A stretch of 64,000 bases of DNA, taken from the NCBI GenBank assembly GCA_049177215.1, contig CP185379.1:203046-267045 (forward strand), written 5' to 3'. How positions within the stretch are numbered: position 1 is the first letter of the stretch; each line of letters starts with the position of its first letter. The notes beneath the pieces are model-generated. The model did not search any database, was not told the DNA's origin, and saw nothing but the letters and a program-made list of their open reading frames with translations. The position numbers and the translations under genes are program-made. The stretch comes from Candidatus Pollutiaquabacter aromativorans (GTDB lineage Bacteria; Bacteroidota; Bacteroidia; AKYH767-A; 2013-40CM-41-45). Shown one piece after another: positions 9,199-19,852 of the stretch.

Positions 9199-10677
9199 AT
9201 GCGGTTGATTCTCAGTTTCCTGCTCCTGCTGTCAGCGCTGGCGCTGTTTGCGCAGCCTTGTAAAGAGGTCGTTGGGTATTACCCTGCCTGGCAGTGGTAC
9301 GATCGGGCTAAACTGGTGAAGCCTGCCGGTATCCGATACGACCGTTATACGATCATCAACTACGCGTTCTTTCAGCCTATGCCGGATGGTTCCATTACCG
9401 GCACAGATGCCTGGGCCGATGAGAACTTGCTGCTGGGTGAGCCCGACTGGGCGAATGGTGGTTACCTGCCGAATACCTCGATCGTCGATCTGGCACATAG
9501 CGCGGGGGTGAAAGTCGTGATCTCTGTCGGCGGCTGGACGCTTTCGAATGACTTTCCTGCCATCGCTGCGGATCCCGTCAAACGGACGAACTTCGCCCAC
9601 CACTGTGCACAGCTGATCCGGCAGTACAACCTTGATGGTGTCGATCTCGACTGGGAATACCCCGGTTTCCCGGATCACAACGGCACTCCGGCCGATCGTG
9701 CCAATTTTACCTTGCTGCTTTCGGAGGTCCGTGACTCGATCGATGCAACCGGAAACACCCTCGGCCGGAACATGTTGCTGACCGCTGCCGTCGGCGCTGG
9801 GGCTGACCGGATGGACGATGTCGACTGGCCCGCGGTCACGTCCTTACTCGATATCATCAACCTGATGTCGTACGATTTCTTCGGTGCCTGGGATGCTACC
9901 ACGAATCACAATGCACCCCTCTATGCGCCCAACGTAGGCGATGTCACGTTCAACTGCGACAGTGCCATCACCCGCCTGATCCAGGTGTATGGAGTCGATC
10001 CCGGAAGGATCACGCTGGGTGTTCCATTTTACGGACGTTCCGCCGTCACCACGGGTGCGCCGGGATTGTTCGTTCCTTCCACGCAAACCGCTGATAACAT
10101 CACGTTCTTTACCGATGACGGGTCGCCGCTGTATTACAACATTCTCCTGAACCTTTCTTCCTTCGATACCTGGTGGGACAATCAGGCCCAGGTGCCCTAT
10201 CTGACCGGCCGGAACGGATTGAACACCTTCGTCTCCTACGACGACGAACAATCCATCGCGCGGAAGGCGCAGTACATCAACGACCATAACCTTCGGGGCG
10301 CCATCATCTGGGAGATCACCGGCGACTATTTGGAAACAAGTCCGGGTTCCGGAATCATCGCAGCGACTCCCCTGGCCGATACACTCAATGCCGTGCTCTG
10401 CAGTAGTACCGGCTTATCAGGCGTTTCTGGTGTGGATGAATGGCAACTCTATCCTTCACCGGCGATTGATCGGGTGCATGTCCGGGGAGCAGCACAGGAT
10501 CAGATTATCAGCGCAAGCATGCTGACGGCTTACGGACAGTTCGTTGATGTTATGGTGCGTGAACGCAAAGAAGAAATAGTATTCGATGTTCGTTCCTTAC
10601 CTGCCGGCCTGTATCTCGTTGAGCTTAGGTGTAAGGATGGAGCAAGGCGCGTACTTCGATTTCCGGTCGCGCGTTAA
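9199..10677 (+). CDS. Glycoside hydrolase family 18 (chitinase or endo-beta-N-acetylglucosaminidase) with a T9SS C-terminal sorting domain
   Basis: 492 aa with a signal peptide. The GH18 catalytic motif DGVDLDWEYP is present. The C-terminal ~80 aa (LYPSPAIDRVHV...LPAGLYLVELRCKDGARRVLRFPVAR) look like a Por secretion tail. Confidence 0.82.
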   Translation: MRLILSFLLLLSALALFAQPCKEVVGYYPAWQWYDRAKLVKPAGIRYDRYTIINYAFFQPMPDGSITGTDAWADENLLLGEPDWANGGYLPNTSIVDLAHSAGVKVVISVGGWTLSNDFPAIAADPVKRTNFAHHCAQLIRQYNLDGVDLDWEYPGFPDHNGTPADRANFTLLLSEVRDSIDATGNTLGRNMLLTAAVGAGADRMDDVDWPAVTSLLDIINLMSYDFFGAWDATTNHNAPLYAPNVGDVTFNCDSAITRLIQVYGVDPGRITLGVPFYGRSAVTTGAPGLFVPSTQTADNITFFTDDGSPLYYNILLNLSSFDTWWDNQAQVPYLTGRNGLNTFVSYDDEQSIARKAQYINDHNLRGAIIWEITGDYLETSPGSGIIAATPLADTLNAVLCSSTGLSGVSGVDEWQLYPSPAIDRVHVRGAAQDQIISASMLTAYGQFVDVMVRERKEEIVFDVRSLPAGLYLVELRCKDGARRVLRFPVAR

Positions 10678-10685
10678 CGACAGCA

Positions 10686-11261
10686 TTATTTGATTGCTTC
10701 TTCGATCTCTTTGGCTGGAACGATCCAGAGTATGGCGATGAGTAGAAAGATGATGCCGGAGATCATGGGATGTACATACGCCAGCGGAATGGCTGCCGCG
10801 TAAGCGATCTGCGATACGATTCCTTTTTTTGCGTGCCTTTGAAAGGCCGATTTCAACTGATCGTCCTTCGCGTGATGACGTTCGATGGATTTCTGAAGTA
10901 TGAAATACGCGATACCCGCGGCTGTCAGGTTGACCGCATACAAGGCCACGGGATTCGACTCGAAATGATTCTCCCCCATCCAGGCCGTGGTGAAGGGAAT
11001 GAGCGATAGCCAAAACAACAGATGCAGGTTCGTGAGCAGGATGCCGGAGTTCACGCGGCGTGCGGTATGCATCAGGTGATGGTGGTTACCCCAGTAAATT
11101 CCGATGTACAGGAAACTCAGGACATAGCTGATGAATACCGGCCAAAGCGCCAGCAGGTCTGTCCAGTTGGTACCATGGGGTACCTTCAATTCAAGGACCA
11201 TGATGGTGATGATGATGGCCAGCACGCCATCACTAAAGGCTTCCAGTCGGTTCTTTTCCAT
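10686..11261 (-). CDS. TMEM175/DUF1211 family potassium channel-like membrane protein
   Basis: 191 aa. The N-terminus MEKNRLEAFSDGVLAIIITIMVLELKVP is the characteristic RxxxFSD motif helix. About six TM segments. Confidence 0.78.
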   Translation of the reverse strand: MEKNRLEAFSDGVLAIIITIMVLELKVPHGTNWTDLLALWPVFISYVLSFLYIGIYWGNHHHLMHTARRVNSGILLTNLHLLFWLSLIPFTTAWMGENHFESNPVALYAVNLTAAGIAYFILQKSIERHHAKDDQLKSAFQRHAKKGIVSQIAYAAAIPLAYVHPMISGIIFLLIAILWIVPAKEIEEAIK

Positions 11262-11267
11262 TTTGAA

Positions 11268-11759
11268 TTATCGATAATGTGCTTTCAGGCGTTCCAGCAC
11301 TTCGGCGACTGCCGGGCAGACCATGGTATTGTGGTAGGTGATCCCGAGCTTTTCACGGATGTCGCGTTGTTGGGTGTGTGGAAATTCCCGGCAGGCGTTC
11401 GGGCGGTTTTCATAGACACTGCAATAGTTGTCGCCGCCAAGAAACGGGCAGGGCATCGACCGGAACACGTAATCGCCGTCCTCGTCGATCCGAAGATGAC
11501 GCTCGGTGAACTCGGCGGGACGTATTCGGAAATGTCCGGCCAATCGATCCACATCCTTGCTCAGGAGCAGGGGGCCGGTGGTCCGGCAACAGTTGCCGCA
11601 TTGCAGGCAATCGATGTGTTCGAATGCCTCATCGTGTAACCGATTGGTCGTCTGGTCCAGGTCGGCCGGTCGGCTCTTCTTCAACCGTTCGAGAAAGGCT
11701 TTGTTTTCCTTCTTCCGGTTAACGGCTTGTTCCAGTAACGTGCGGTATTCGGGCAGCAT
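11268..11759 (-). CDS. YkgJ family cysteine-cluster protein (UPF0153)
   Basis: 163 aa with CLQCGNCCRT and CPFLGGDNYCSVYENRPNACREFP cysteine motifs. Confidence 0.72.
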   Translation of the reverse strand: MLPEYRTLLEQAVNRKKENKAFLERLKKSRPADLDQTTNRLHDEAFEHIDCLQCGNCCRTTGPLLLSKDVDRLAGHFRIRPAEFTERHLRIDEDGDYVFRSMPCPFLGGDNYCSVYENRPNACREFPHTQQRDIREKLGITYHNTMVCPAVAEVLERLKAHYR

Positions 11760-11796
11760 TCAGTGGGAGATCGCTTAAAGATAATGGGCGGGGAAA

Positions 11797-11836
11797 TAAA
11801 AAAGAAAACCCCCGCCGGATGGCAGGGGTTTCTTTT
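11797..11836 (-). terminator. Rho-independent terminator downstream of groEL
   Basis: The stem is cccccgcc / ggcagggg with loop ggat, followed on the minus strand by a T-rich run. Confidence 0.6.
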
Positions 11837-11851
11837 CCGAAGCAGTGGATC

Positions 11852-13492
<1,641 letters not shown>

Positions 13493-13575
13493 TTATGAGT
13501 TGTTTGTTGAGTTAGACTGAATGTATTGGAGGTACTGAAAAATGAAATCGCCGTTCCCGGTCCGCCGAAGGTGGA

Positions 13576-13854
13576 TCAGAGTACGGCGAAGATGTCGCTC
13601 TCGCGCATGATGAGGAGCTCGCGTCCGTCGATGGTGATTTCGGTACCGGCATATTTACCATAAAGAACCGAGTCGCCTACTTTTACGGTCATCGGCTCGT
13701 CTTTCTTACCCGTGCCGATAGCTACGACTTTACCACGCTGCGGTTTTTCTTTCGCGGTGTCCGGAATGATGATGCCGGATGCGGTCTTTTCTTCTGCCGC
13801 TGCTGCTTCTACCAGCACGCGATCGCCCAGGGGCTTCAGGGTGAGTTTGCTCAT
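13576..13854 (-). CDS. groES: Co-chaperonin GroES
   Basis: The ORF 13576..13881 gives [16 protein letters not shown]... when started at the internal ATG (13854), which is the normal GroES length. Starting at 13881 adds 9 aa. Confidence 0.93.
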   Translation of the reverse strand: MSKLTLKPLGDRVLVEAAAAEEKTASGIIIPDTAKEKPQRGKVVAIGTGKKDEPMTVKVGDSVLYGKYAGTEITIDGRELLIMRESDIFAVL

Positions 13855-14049
13855 GAGTGTATTGATTTTAAGGTTGGACAAATAGAGTTGAGTGACTTAC
13901 GTCGACCGCCGTGGTCAGAAAACGTGCCAGTGGTTGTATTTTCTTCGTTTCCTGACAAAATTTCAATCTTTTTGAAATCCAAGGAAGAGGTGTCAGGGAT
14001 TTAAGTGACAAACTTTCAGCGCTGAGGGATTTCGGTTTTTGTCGGTGCC

Positions 14050-14084
14050 GAAAAACGCGAAAAGCCGCCATGGAGGCAGCTTTT
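14050..14084 (-). terminator. Rho-independent terminator downstream of secG
   Basis: A 9-bp stem (one G-U pair on the minus-strand RNA) is followed by ttttcgcgttttt on the minus strand. Confidence 0.55.
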
Positions 14085-14105
14085 CGACGATTCAGTTCAG
14101 TTTCA

Positions 14106-14483
14106 TTACTGAGCCGGCTGCTGTTGTGCCGGTTCTCCCTGGGCGGGTTGTTGCTGCGCCGGCTGTTGTGCCGGTTGCTGCGGAGCTGCCGGAGTGGTGG
14201 TCGGCGCGGCGCCCGCGTCGATCTGCTCCTGCATCTTGGTACCGATCTCGCGATCGCCTTTCTTCGGCAGGGCAAAACCTGCCAACAGGCAAAGGGATAC
14301 CAGGCCGATAACGAGGCCCCAGGTCAGTTTTTCGATGAAATCCGTCGTTTTTTTAACGCCCATGAGCTGGTTGGCTCCGATGATGCCGGACGCGACGCCG
14401 CCGCCTTTGGGGTTCTGGACAAGCACGACCAGAACAAGGAGGATGCAAATGATGATGATGAGGACGGTAATGGCGGTAAACAT
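14106..14483 (-). CDS. secG: Preprotein translocase subunit SecG with a Gln/Pro/Ala-rich C-terminal tail
   Basis: 125 aa. The N-terminus MFTAITVLIIIICILLVLVVLVQNPKGGG is typical of SecG. The tail repeats QQPAQ. Confidence 0.85.
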   Translation of the reverse strand: MFTAITVLIIIICILLVLVVLVQNPKGGGVASGIIGANQLMGVKKTTDFIEKLTWGLVIGLVSLCLLAGFALPKKGDREIGTKMQEQIDAGAAPTTTPAAPQQPAQQPAQQQPAQGEPAQQQPAQ

Positions 14484-14487
14484 TGCT

Positions 14488-15877
14488 TTATAGGTCTTCG
14501 CTCGACGAACTGTTAAGTTTTTCGTCTATTTCGCGGACAAGGGCGGCAAAGTAAGCGCTTTTTTCCGGATGAAGCAAGCCCAGTCTTTGGTAGGCGGATC
14601 GCGCCTTCAGTAAATTCCCCTGAGCGGCGTAAATGCCTGCAAGTGTCTCAGAAACAACGTCTTCGTGTTCCTCAACGCTTCGTTTGGCCTGTACAACGGG
14701 GTTAAAGAACTCGGTCTTTGACGGTACGATCCGGGGCTCTTCCGCGATGAATTTATCTATCAGAACACTCTGATCGTCGGTGGCTTTTGCCGTGAATGAC
14801 AGTGCCGGGTACGGTTGCCGCTTTAATCGGCTCCCGTTCGTCAGCCTGATCGTCTTCAGCATGAACAGCTTCGACGGCACCAAAACCATCGACCTGTTTC
14901 GATCGCAGCCAGGCGAAGAAGTTCCCGCTTTCCGCTTCAGGTTCAGTTGTTTCGGTTTCCGGACGCTTGGCAGTGTCGTGTGACTCCTCAGGACTTACTG
15001 AAAGCTCCGGTAATCGCTCCAGCTCGTGCAGCAGCGTTTCTTCCAAAGCGTACGACAGTCCTTCGCGGAATACCGGATCTTCAAGCGCTTCACTTTCCGC
15101 ATCCACAATGTCTTCCGACTTGACAGGTTCCGCCGGCTTTGCATCTGTTACTTTGGTGATTCCGCTTTCCGCTTCTTCGATGGGTTCTTCCGGCATACCG
15201 GCAGGCGCGGTAATGAGAAAATCGTCAGTAGTCCGTGGCGTGTCGTTCAGGATTGTTGGCGCAGCAGGCTCTTCGGGGATGACCTTTGTTTCCCTGACAG
15301 TAGCGGTTGAAGCGGAATCTCCCAGCAACTCCGCCAGGCGACGACGCAAGACCTCACGAGGGTCGTCGTTTTCAATCGGGACAACAGGTGCGAGACTGAT
15401 CGGCTCTTCCTGAATGTGCGGATTGATGATCGCCTCGCGGGAGGGCTCCGGAAGGACCGGTGGTTGTTCCGACATCGGTTCAGGTGTCACCTGCTCCGGT
15501 ACATAGTGATCGGAGAAAATTCCTGCCGGAATGGTGCTGTCCACTGCTTGCGCACCAATGAGCAGGGGAGACTCTTCTTTCGCTGCCTCGAGGAACGGGG
15601 ACTCAGGGGCCGCGGTAACGGGCTCGCGAAATACACTGTCGGGGCTCGCCTGTACCTGATCGTGCACGATCCGGTAAAGTACCCGACGGTCCGGCTGATG
15701 CGCGGCGGCTGTTCGCAGTGCGGGCTCGTAGCGGATGTGTTGTTGGTCGTGAAAGGCTTTGACGAGCAGCAGATGACCTGCCTGGCAATACGGATGATCG
15801 CGCAGCAATTCCTGCAAAGCACCCGCTTGCGGTGCCGCCTTGCCGGCCAATAGCTCGTGGAAATGCCGATAATCCAT
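14488..15877 (-). pseudogene. Conserved hypothetical protein with a TPR-like C-terminal tail, apparently split by a frameshift. It could also be two genes
   Basis: Two same-strand ORFs (14753..15877 and 14488..14889) overlap by 137 nt. The downstream one carries ...LIDKFIAEEPRIV...SETLAGIYAAQGNLLKARSAYQRLGLLHPEKSAYFAALV. From memory this is the C-terminal end of the single gene found between lptE-like and secG in other Bacteroidota. Removing one A from an A4 run (plus-strand T4 at 14784-14787) would join the frames. Confidence 0.5.
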
Positions 15878-16398
15878 TACCAGTTGATCACCGCTTTGTT
15901 GAAGATGTCATCGACCAGCTGATCGAAGACCTCACGGACCAATTCATCTTCCGCCGCGGCTAAGTTAACCGAGCTGCTGTAATCGGTGAAACGCGAAAAA
16001 GAGGATTCAAAACTCTGTTTCTCGTCTTTCGTATTGGTGTACTTCACACTCACGGTGATCGTAAGACGGTTCTTGGCGGCCGTTTCGTTGGGCAGGATCG
16101 CCTGTGGGGCCACGGAATATCCCGTGATCGCCCCTTCCAGTTGCAGGTCGCCGTTGCGGTCCACGACTGTCAGCCCGGTTTGCCCGATGAATTTTTCTTT
16201 CAATCGTTCGGTAAAGGTCTGACTGAGGTTGGCGGGACCAAGCGGAGCCGTTTTAGGAAAGAACTTGACCGTGATCGTCTTCACATCCGGCGGAATGGAC
16301 GCGCCGGAAAGCGAGTAATTCACCTTGCATCCGCCCAGCAGCATCAGCGTAGCGAGCAGGAAGCTCTGGGTGAACGATCGGTACGCGTGGGTCCGCAT
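15877..16398 (-). CDS. lptE: LptE-like LPS-assembly lipoprotein
   Basis: From the ATG at 16398 the protein begins MRTHAYRSFTQSFLLATLMLLGGC, a lipobox. The following KVNYSLSGASIPPDVKTITVKFF is typical of Bacteroidota LptE-family proteins. The ORF is open up to 16473. Confidence 0.7.
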   Translation of the reverse strand: MRTHAYRSFTQSFLLATLMLLGGCKVNYSLSGASIPPDVKTITVKFFPKTAPLGPANLSQTFTERLKEKFIGQTGLTVVDRNGDLQLEGAITGYSVAPQAILPNETAAKNRLTITVSVKYTNTKDEKQSFESSFSRFTDYSSSVNLAAAEDELVREVFDQLVDDIFNKAVINW

Positions 16399-16469
16399 GG
16401 TGCTTGGAATAACGGCGGCAAATTCCCTAACGCGCCGTTGATACGCAAATATTAATTCGGTCATCCGGG

Positions 16470-17714
16470 TCAATGGATCCCGTATTCGTTCATCTTCCTG
16501 TACAGCGTGCGCTCGGAGATGCCGAGTTCTTTCGCCGCGAGTTTCCGTCGGCCTTTGTGCTTCTGCAGCGCTTTCCGGATGAATTCTTTCTCTTTGTCTT
16601 CGAGCGAAAGCGATTCTTCCAGCTCTTCGTGGTCCTGGATCGGCGATACGGTAACGACCGGTTGTGGTGAAGCCGGCTGAATCGTCACGGATGGTTCATG
16701 CGTGTGCAGGATCGAATGTACCGGTTCGGGTCGGAGGCGGTTGATGACCTGCTCGTGTCGTTCCTTCCAGGTGGAATCGTTGCCACTGCCCTGCATGATC
16801 TCGTTGATGAGCAGTTTCATGTCGTTCATGTCCTTCTTCATGTCGAAGAGGACCTTGTACAACAACTCGCGCTCGGTAAAGGCTTCCTGGCTCTTGGCTT
16901 CGTCGCGCAACAGCATGGGCACAGAAGAAGCGGGCACGTGAGGCAGGTAACGCGACAGGGTCTCGCCGTTAATCTCCCGGCTCTTTTCCAGGATGGACAA
17001 CTGCTCGGTGATATTCTTCAGTTGCCGGATATTCCCCGGCCAGCGGTATTCGGTCAGGACCTGCACGGCATCCGGCGTCAGGGCCAGCGCCGGCACGCGG
17101 TATTTTTCCGAAAAGTCGTGGGCGAATTTCCGGAAGAGGAGGTAGATGTCTTCCTTCCGGTCACGCAGCGGCGGGATCCGGATCGGAACGGTGTTGAGGC
17201 GGTAGTAGAGGTCTTCGCGGAACTTGCCGTTGGCAATGGCCTGCTGCATGTCAACGTTGGTTGCGCCGACAATGCGCACGTTCGTCTTCTGCACTTTCGA
17301 GGAACCGACTTTGATGAACTCTCCGGTCTCCAATACGCGCAACAGGCGGACCTGGGTGTTGAGCGGAAGCTCGCCCACTTCGTCGAGGAAGATCGTGCCG
17401 CCGTTCGCTACTTCGAAGTAACCTTTCCGTGCTTCATGCGCGCCGGTGAACGAGCCTTTCTCGTGACCGAATAGTTCCGAGTCGATCGTGCCTTCGGGAA
17501 TGGCGCCGCAGTTCACGGCGATGTACGGGCCGTGCTTGCGCGGACTGAGCTGGTGGATGATCTGCGGGAACACTTCCTTACCCACGCCGCTTTCCCCGAA
17601 GATCAGGACGCTGATCTCGGTCGGCGCTACCTGTCGGGCTACATTGATGGCATGCTCGAGCAGGGGAGAGCCGCCGATGATGCCGAAACGCGCTTTGATC
17701 TCGTTCGTGTTCAT
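16470..17714 (-). CDS. Sigma-54-dependent transcriptional activator (AAA+ plus Fis-type HTH, no receiver domain)
   Basis: 414 aa. It has Walker A GESGVGKE, a GAFTGA-like loop (GSFTGA), an ESELFGHEKG block and a C-terminal HTH (AAKELGISERTLYRKM). Confidence 0.88.
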   Translation of the reverse strand: MNTNEIKARFGIIGGSPLLEHAINVARQVAPTEISVLIFGESGVGKEVFPQIIHQLSPRKHGPYIAVNCGAIPEGTIDSELFGHEKGSFTGAHEARKGYFEVANGGTIFLDEVGELPLNTQVRLLRVLETGEFIKVGSSKVQKTNVRIVGATNVDMQQAIANGKFREDLYYRLNTVPIRIPPLRDRKEDIYLLFRKFAHDFSEKYRVPALALTPDAVQVLTEYRWPGNIRQLKNITEQLSILEKSREINGETLSRYLPHVPASSVPMLLRDEAKSQEAFTERELLYKVLFDMKKDMNDMKLLINEIMQGSGNDSTWKERHEQVINRLRPEPVHSILHTHEPSVTIQPASPQPVVTVSPIQDHEELEESLSLEDKEKEFIRKALQKHKGRRKLAAKELGISERTLYRKMNEYGIH

Positions 17715-17729
17715 GCTGGTTTCAGTCGT

Positions 17730-19214
17730 TTAGTCCGCGCGACCTGTCGCTTCGCCCAGCAGGGTGGCGGAGGTGCAATCGTTCACTTTAACGAAGACGT
17801 AATCGCCGGGCTGATAGTGTTGCTTGGGAAACACCACCACTTTATTCTGGGTGGTGCGACCGCTGAGGTGCGCGTCCGAACGCTTGCTCAGCGACTCCAC
17901 CAGTACCTCGAAGGTGCGACCGATGTCGCGCCGGTTGCTCTCGAGCGAAAGTTTGTTCTGCAGGTCGATGATCTCGGTTAGCCGGCGGGTTTTGACCTCG
18001 TCAGCGATATCGTCGGGATACTTCCGCGCCGCCAGGGTGCCGGGGCGTTCGGAGTATTTAAACATGAAGGCGTAATCGTAGCCGGACCATTGCATCAACG
18101 ACAAGGTGTCGCGATGCTGTTCTTCGGTCTCGCCGCAGAATCCGCTGATGATATCGGTGGAAACACCGCAGCCCGGTACGATCCGGCGGATCGCTTCGAT
18201 GCGCTGCATGTAGTCTTCCCGCGTGTATCCGCGATTCATCTTTTCGAGCACTTCGCTGTTGCCCGACTGCACCGGAAGGTGGATGTACTTACAGATGTTG
18301 GGATACTTCGCCATCACCTCCAGCACCGCTTCGGTGATGTCGCGCGGATTGCTGGTGGAAAAACGGATCCGCAGCTTCGGACTGACCTGCGCGACGCGCT
18401 CCATCAGATCGGCGAAGGTGACGAACTGTTGCTGCTGTTCTTCCGGCAGGCGGTGGTTGAGAGCGTCCTGCACGGTGGTTTCCGGCAGGTCTTTCTTCGG
18501 ACCGCCTCCCCACCAGAGGTAGGAATCGACGTTCTGTCCAAGGAGCGTAACCTCCTTGTAACCTTGTTCGACGAGCTGTCGTGCTTCCTGCACGATGGAT
18601 TCCGGATCGCGGCTGCGTTCGCGACCGCGGGTAAAGGGTACCACGCAGAACGAACACATGTTGTCGCAACCCCGCATGATCGAGATGAAAGCGGTGATGC
18701 CGTTGCTGCCGAGGCGCACGGGGCTGATCTCCGCGTAGGTCTCCTCGCGCGAGAGCAGCACGTTCACGGCTTTCTGGCCGGAGCCGGCAGCAGCGATGAG
18801 ATTCGGAAGATCGCGGTAGGCGTCGGGACCTACGACGATGTCGACCAGCTGTTCTTGTTCGAGCAGTTGGGTCTTCAGCCGTTCGGCCATGCAGCCGAGC
18901 ACACCCACGATCTGGTCGGGTTTGCGGTTCTTACCGTGGCGAAGGTCCCGCAGCCGACCCCACACGCGCTGCTCGGCATTGTCGCGGATGGCGCATGTGT
19001 TCAGCAGGATCAGGTCGGCTTCTTCCAGCACCCGGGTGGTGGAGTAGCCGCAATCGCGGAGGATGGATGCCACGATCTCGCTGTCGGAAAAGTTCATCTG
19101 ACAGCCGTAGCTCTCCAGGTAAAGCAGTTTGCTCCGCTGTGCCCCGGCTTCCGGCAGCACCAGGGCTTCCCCTTGCCGCGATTCGTCGATCTCCTTGTTC
19201 CCGAATTTCTCCAT
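17730..19214 (-). CDS. miaB: tRNA-2-methylthio-N6-dimethylallyladenosine synthase MiaB (radical SAM)
   Basis: 494 aa. It has the N-terminal [15 protein letters not shown], the radical-SAM [11 protein letters not shown] motif and a TRAM-like C-terminus. Confidence 0.92.
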   Translation of the reverse strand: MEKFGNKEIDESRQGEALVLPEAGAQRSKLLYLESYGCQMNFSDSEIVASILRDCGYSTTRVLEEADLILLNTCAIRDNAEQRVWGRLRDLRHGKNRKPDQIVGVLGCMAERLKTQLLEQEQLVDIVVGPDAYRDLPNLIAAAGSGQKAVNVLLSREETYAEISPVRLGSNGITAFISIMRGCDNMCSFCVVPFTRGRERSRDPESIVQEARQLVEQGYKEVTLLGQNVDSYLWWGGGPKKDLPETTVQDALNHRLPEEQQQQFVTFADLMERVAQVSPKLRIRFSTSNPRDITEAVLEVMAKYPNICKYIHLPVQSGNSEVLEKMNRGYTREDYMQRIEAIRRIVPGCGVSTDIISGFCGETEEQHRDTLSLMQWSGYDYAFMFKYSERPGTLAARKYPDDIADEVKTRRLTEIIDLQNKLSLESNRRDIGRTFEVLVESLSKRSDAHLSGRTTQNKVVVFPKQHYQPGDYVFVKVNDCTSATLLGEATGRAD

Positions 19215-19852
19215 TGGATGACAAAGATAGCCCCTTGGCGGGTACGTGACAAGTTGTCAGCCGTTAATGATGACTCGGACTGGATTTTTAGTGTAAAAAC
19301 GGGATTTGTATAATCGAAAAGGTCGCTGAATGCGGTTCCGGGTACGCTTGCTTCCCATCTCGATTCCAGGGTCGGGGGAAAGGAATTCTGCCTATATATA
19401 GGTATGCATGGTCGGGTTCAGGCGAAGGGAACCGTGGCAATCCAGCCCCGGGTGAACTCGTCACGCTTCCTGCGTTGAGCAACATGCGCAAGCTGATGTG
19501 AGGAGTGAACACGGGAAGCCCGGTGAAACGAAGTCGCCCCGCATCGCTCCCACATCTATACTTCTTTGCAGAAGAATCGCTTGGATTCTGGAGGAAAAAA
19601 AATGAATGAACGTTCGGAAGGACATCGGACAGGAAAGTTGTAACGTACTGTGAACGACACGGGTGTGTGTTTTGAGCAGGTTGTTGTGGAGGCGCGGTAG
19701 TGATGCGTGCGAAAAAAATGTTGAACGTCGGGAAAGCCTTGCTGGTGGCGGCTTTTAACGTTGCAAAAATGCGGAGAAATGATTCGGATGTCCCGGGTCG
19801 TTTGAACGATCAAAAAATAAATGCTTTTATTTGCGCCGACTGAAAAAACCGG

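Noticed and set aside
13855-14049. A CIRCE (HrcA operator) element upstream of groES.
   Set aside because: No TTAGCACTC-N9-GAGTGCTAA-like inverted repeat is visible in the groES upstream region.
19411-19530. A cobalamin, guanidine-I or SRP RNA identity for the miaB-topA structured region.
   Set aside because: There are isolated similar strings (gaagggaaccgtggcaatcc, acacgggaagcccggtgaaa). But the B12 box, the SRP GGAA/AGCAGC helix-8 motif and the ykkC GGUCCGAGAG block are absent, and no suitable downstream gene exists. I kept it only as an unassigned structured candidate.
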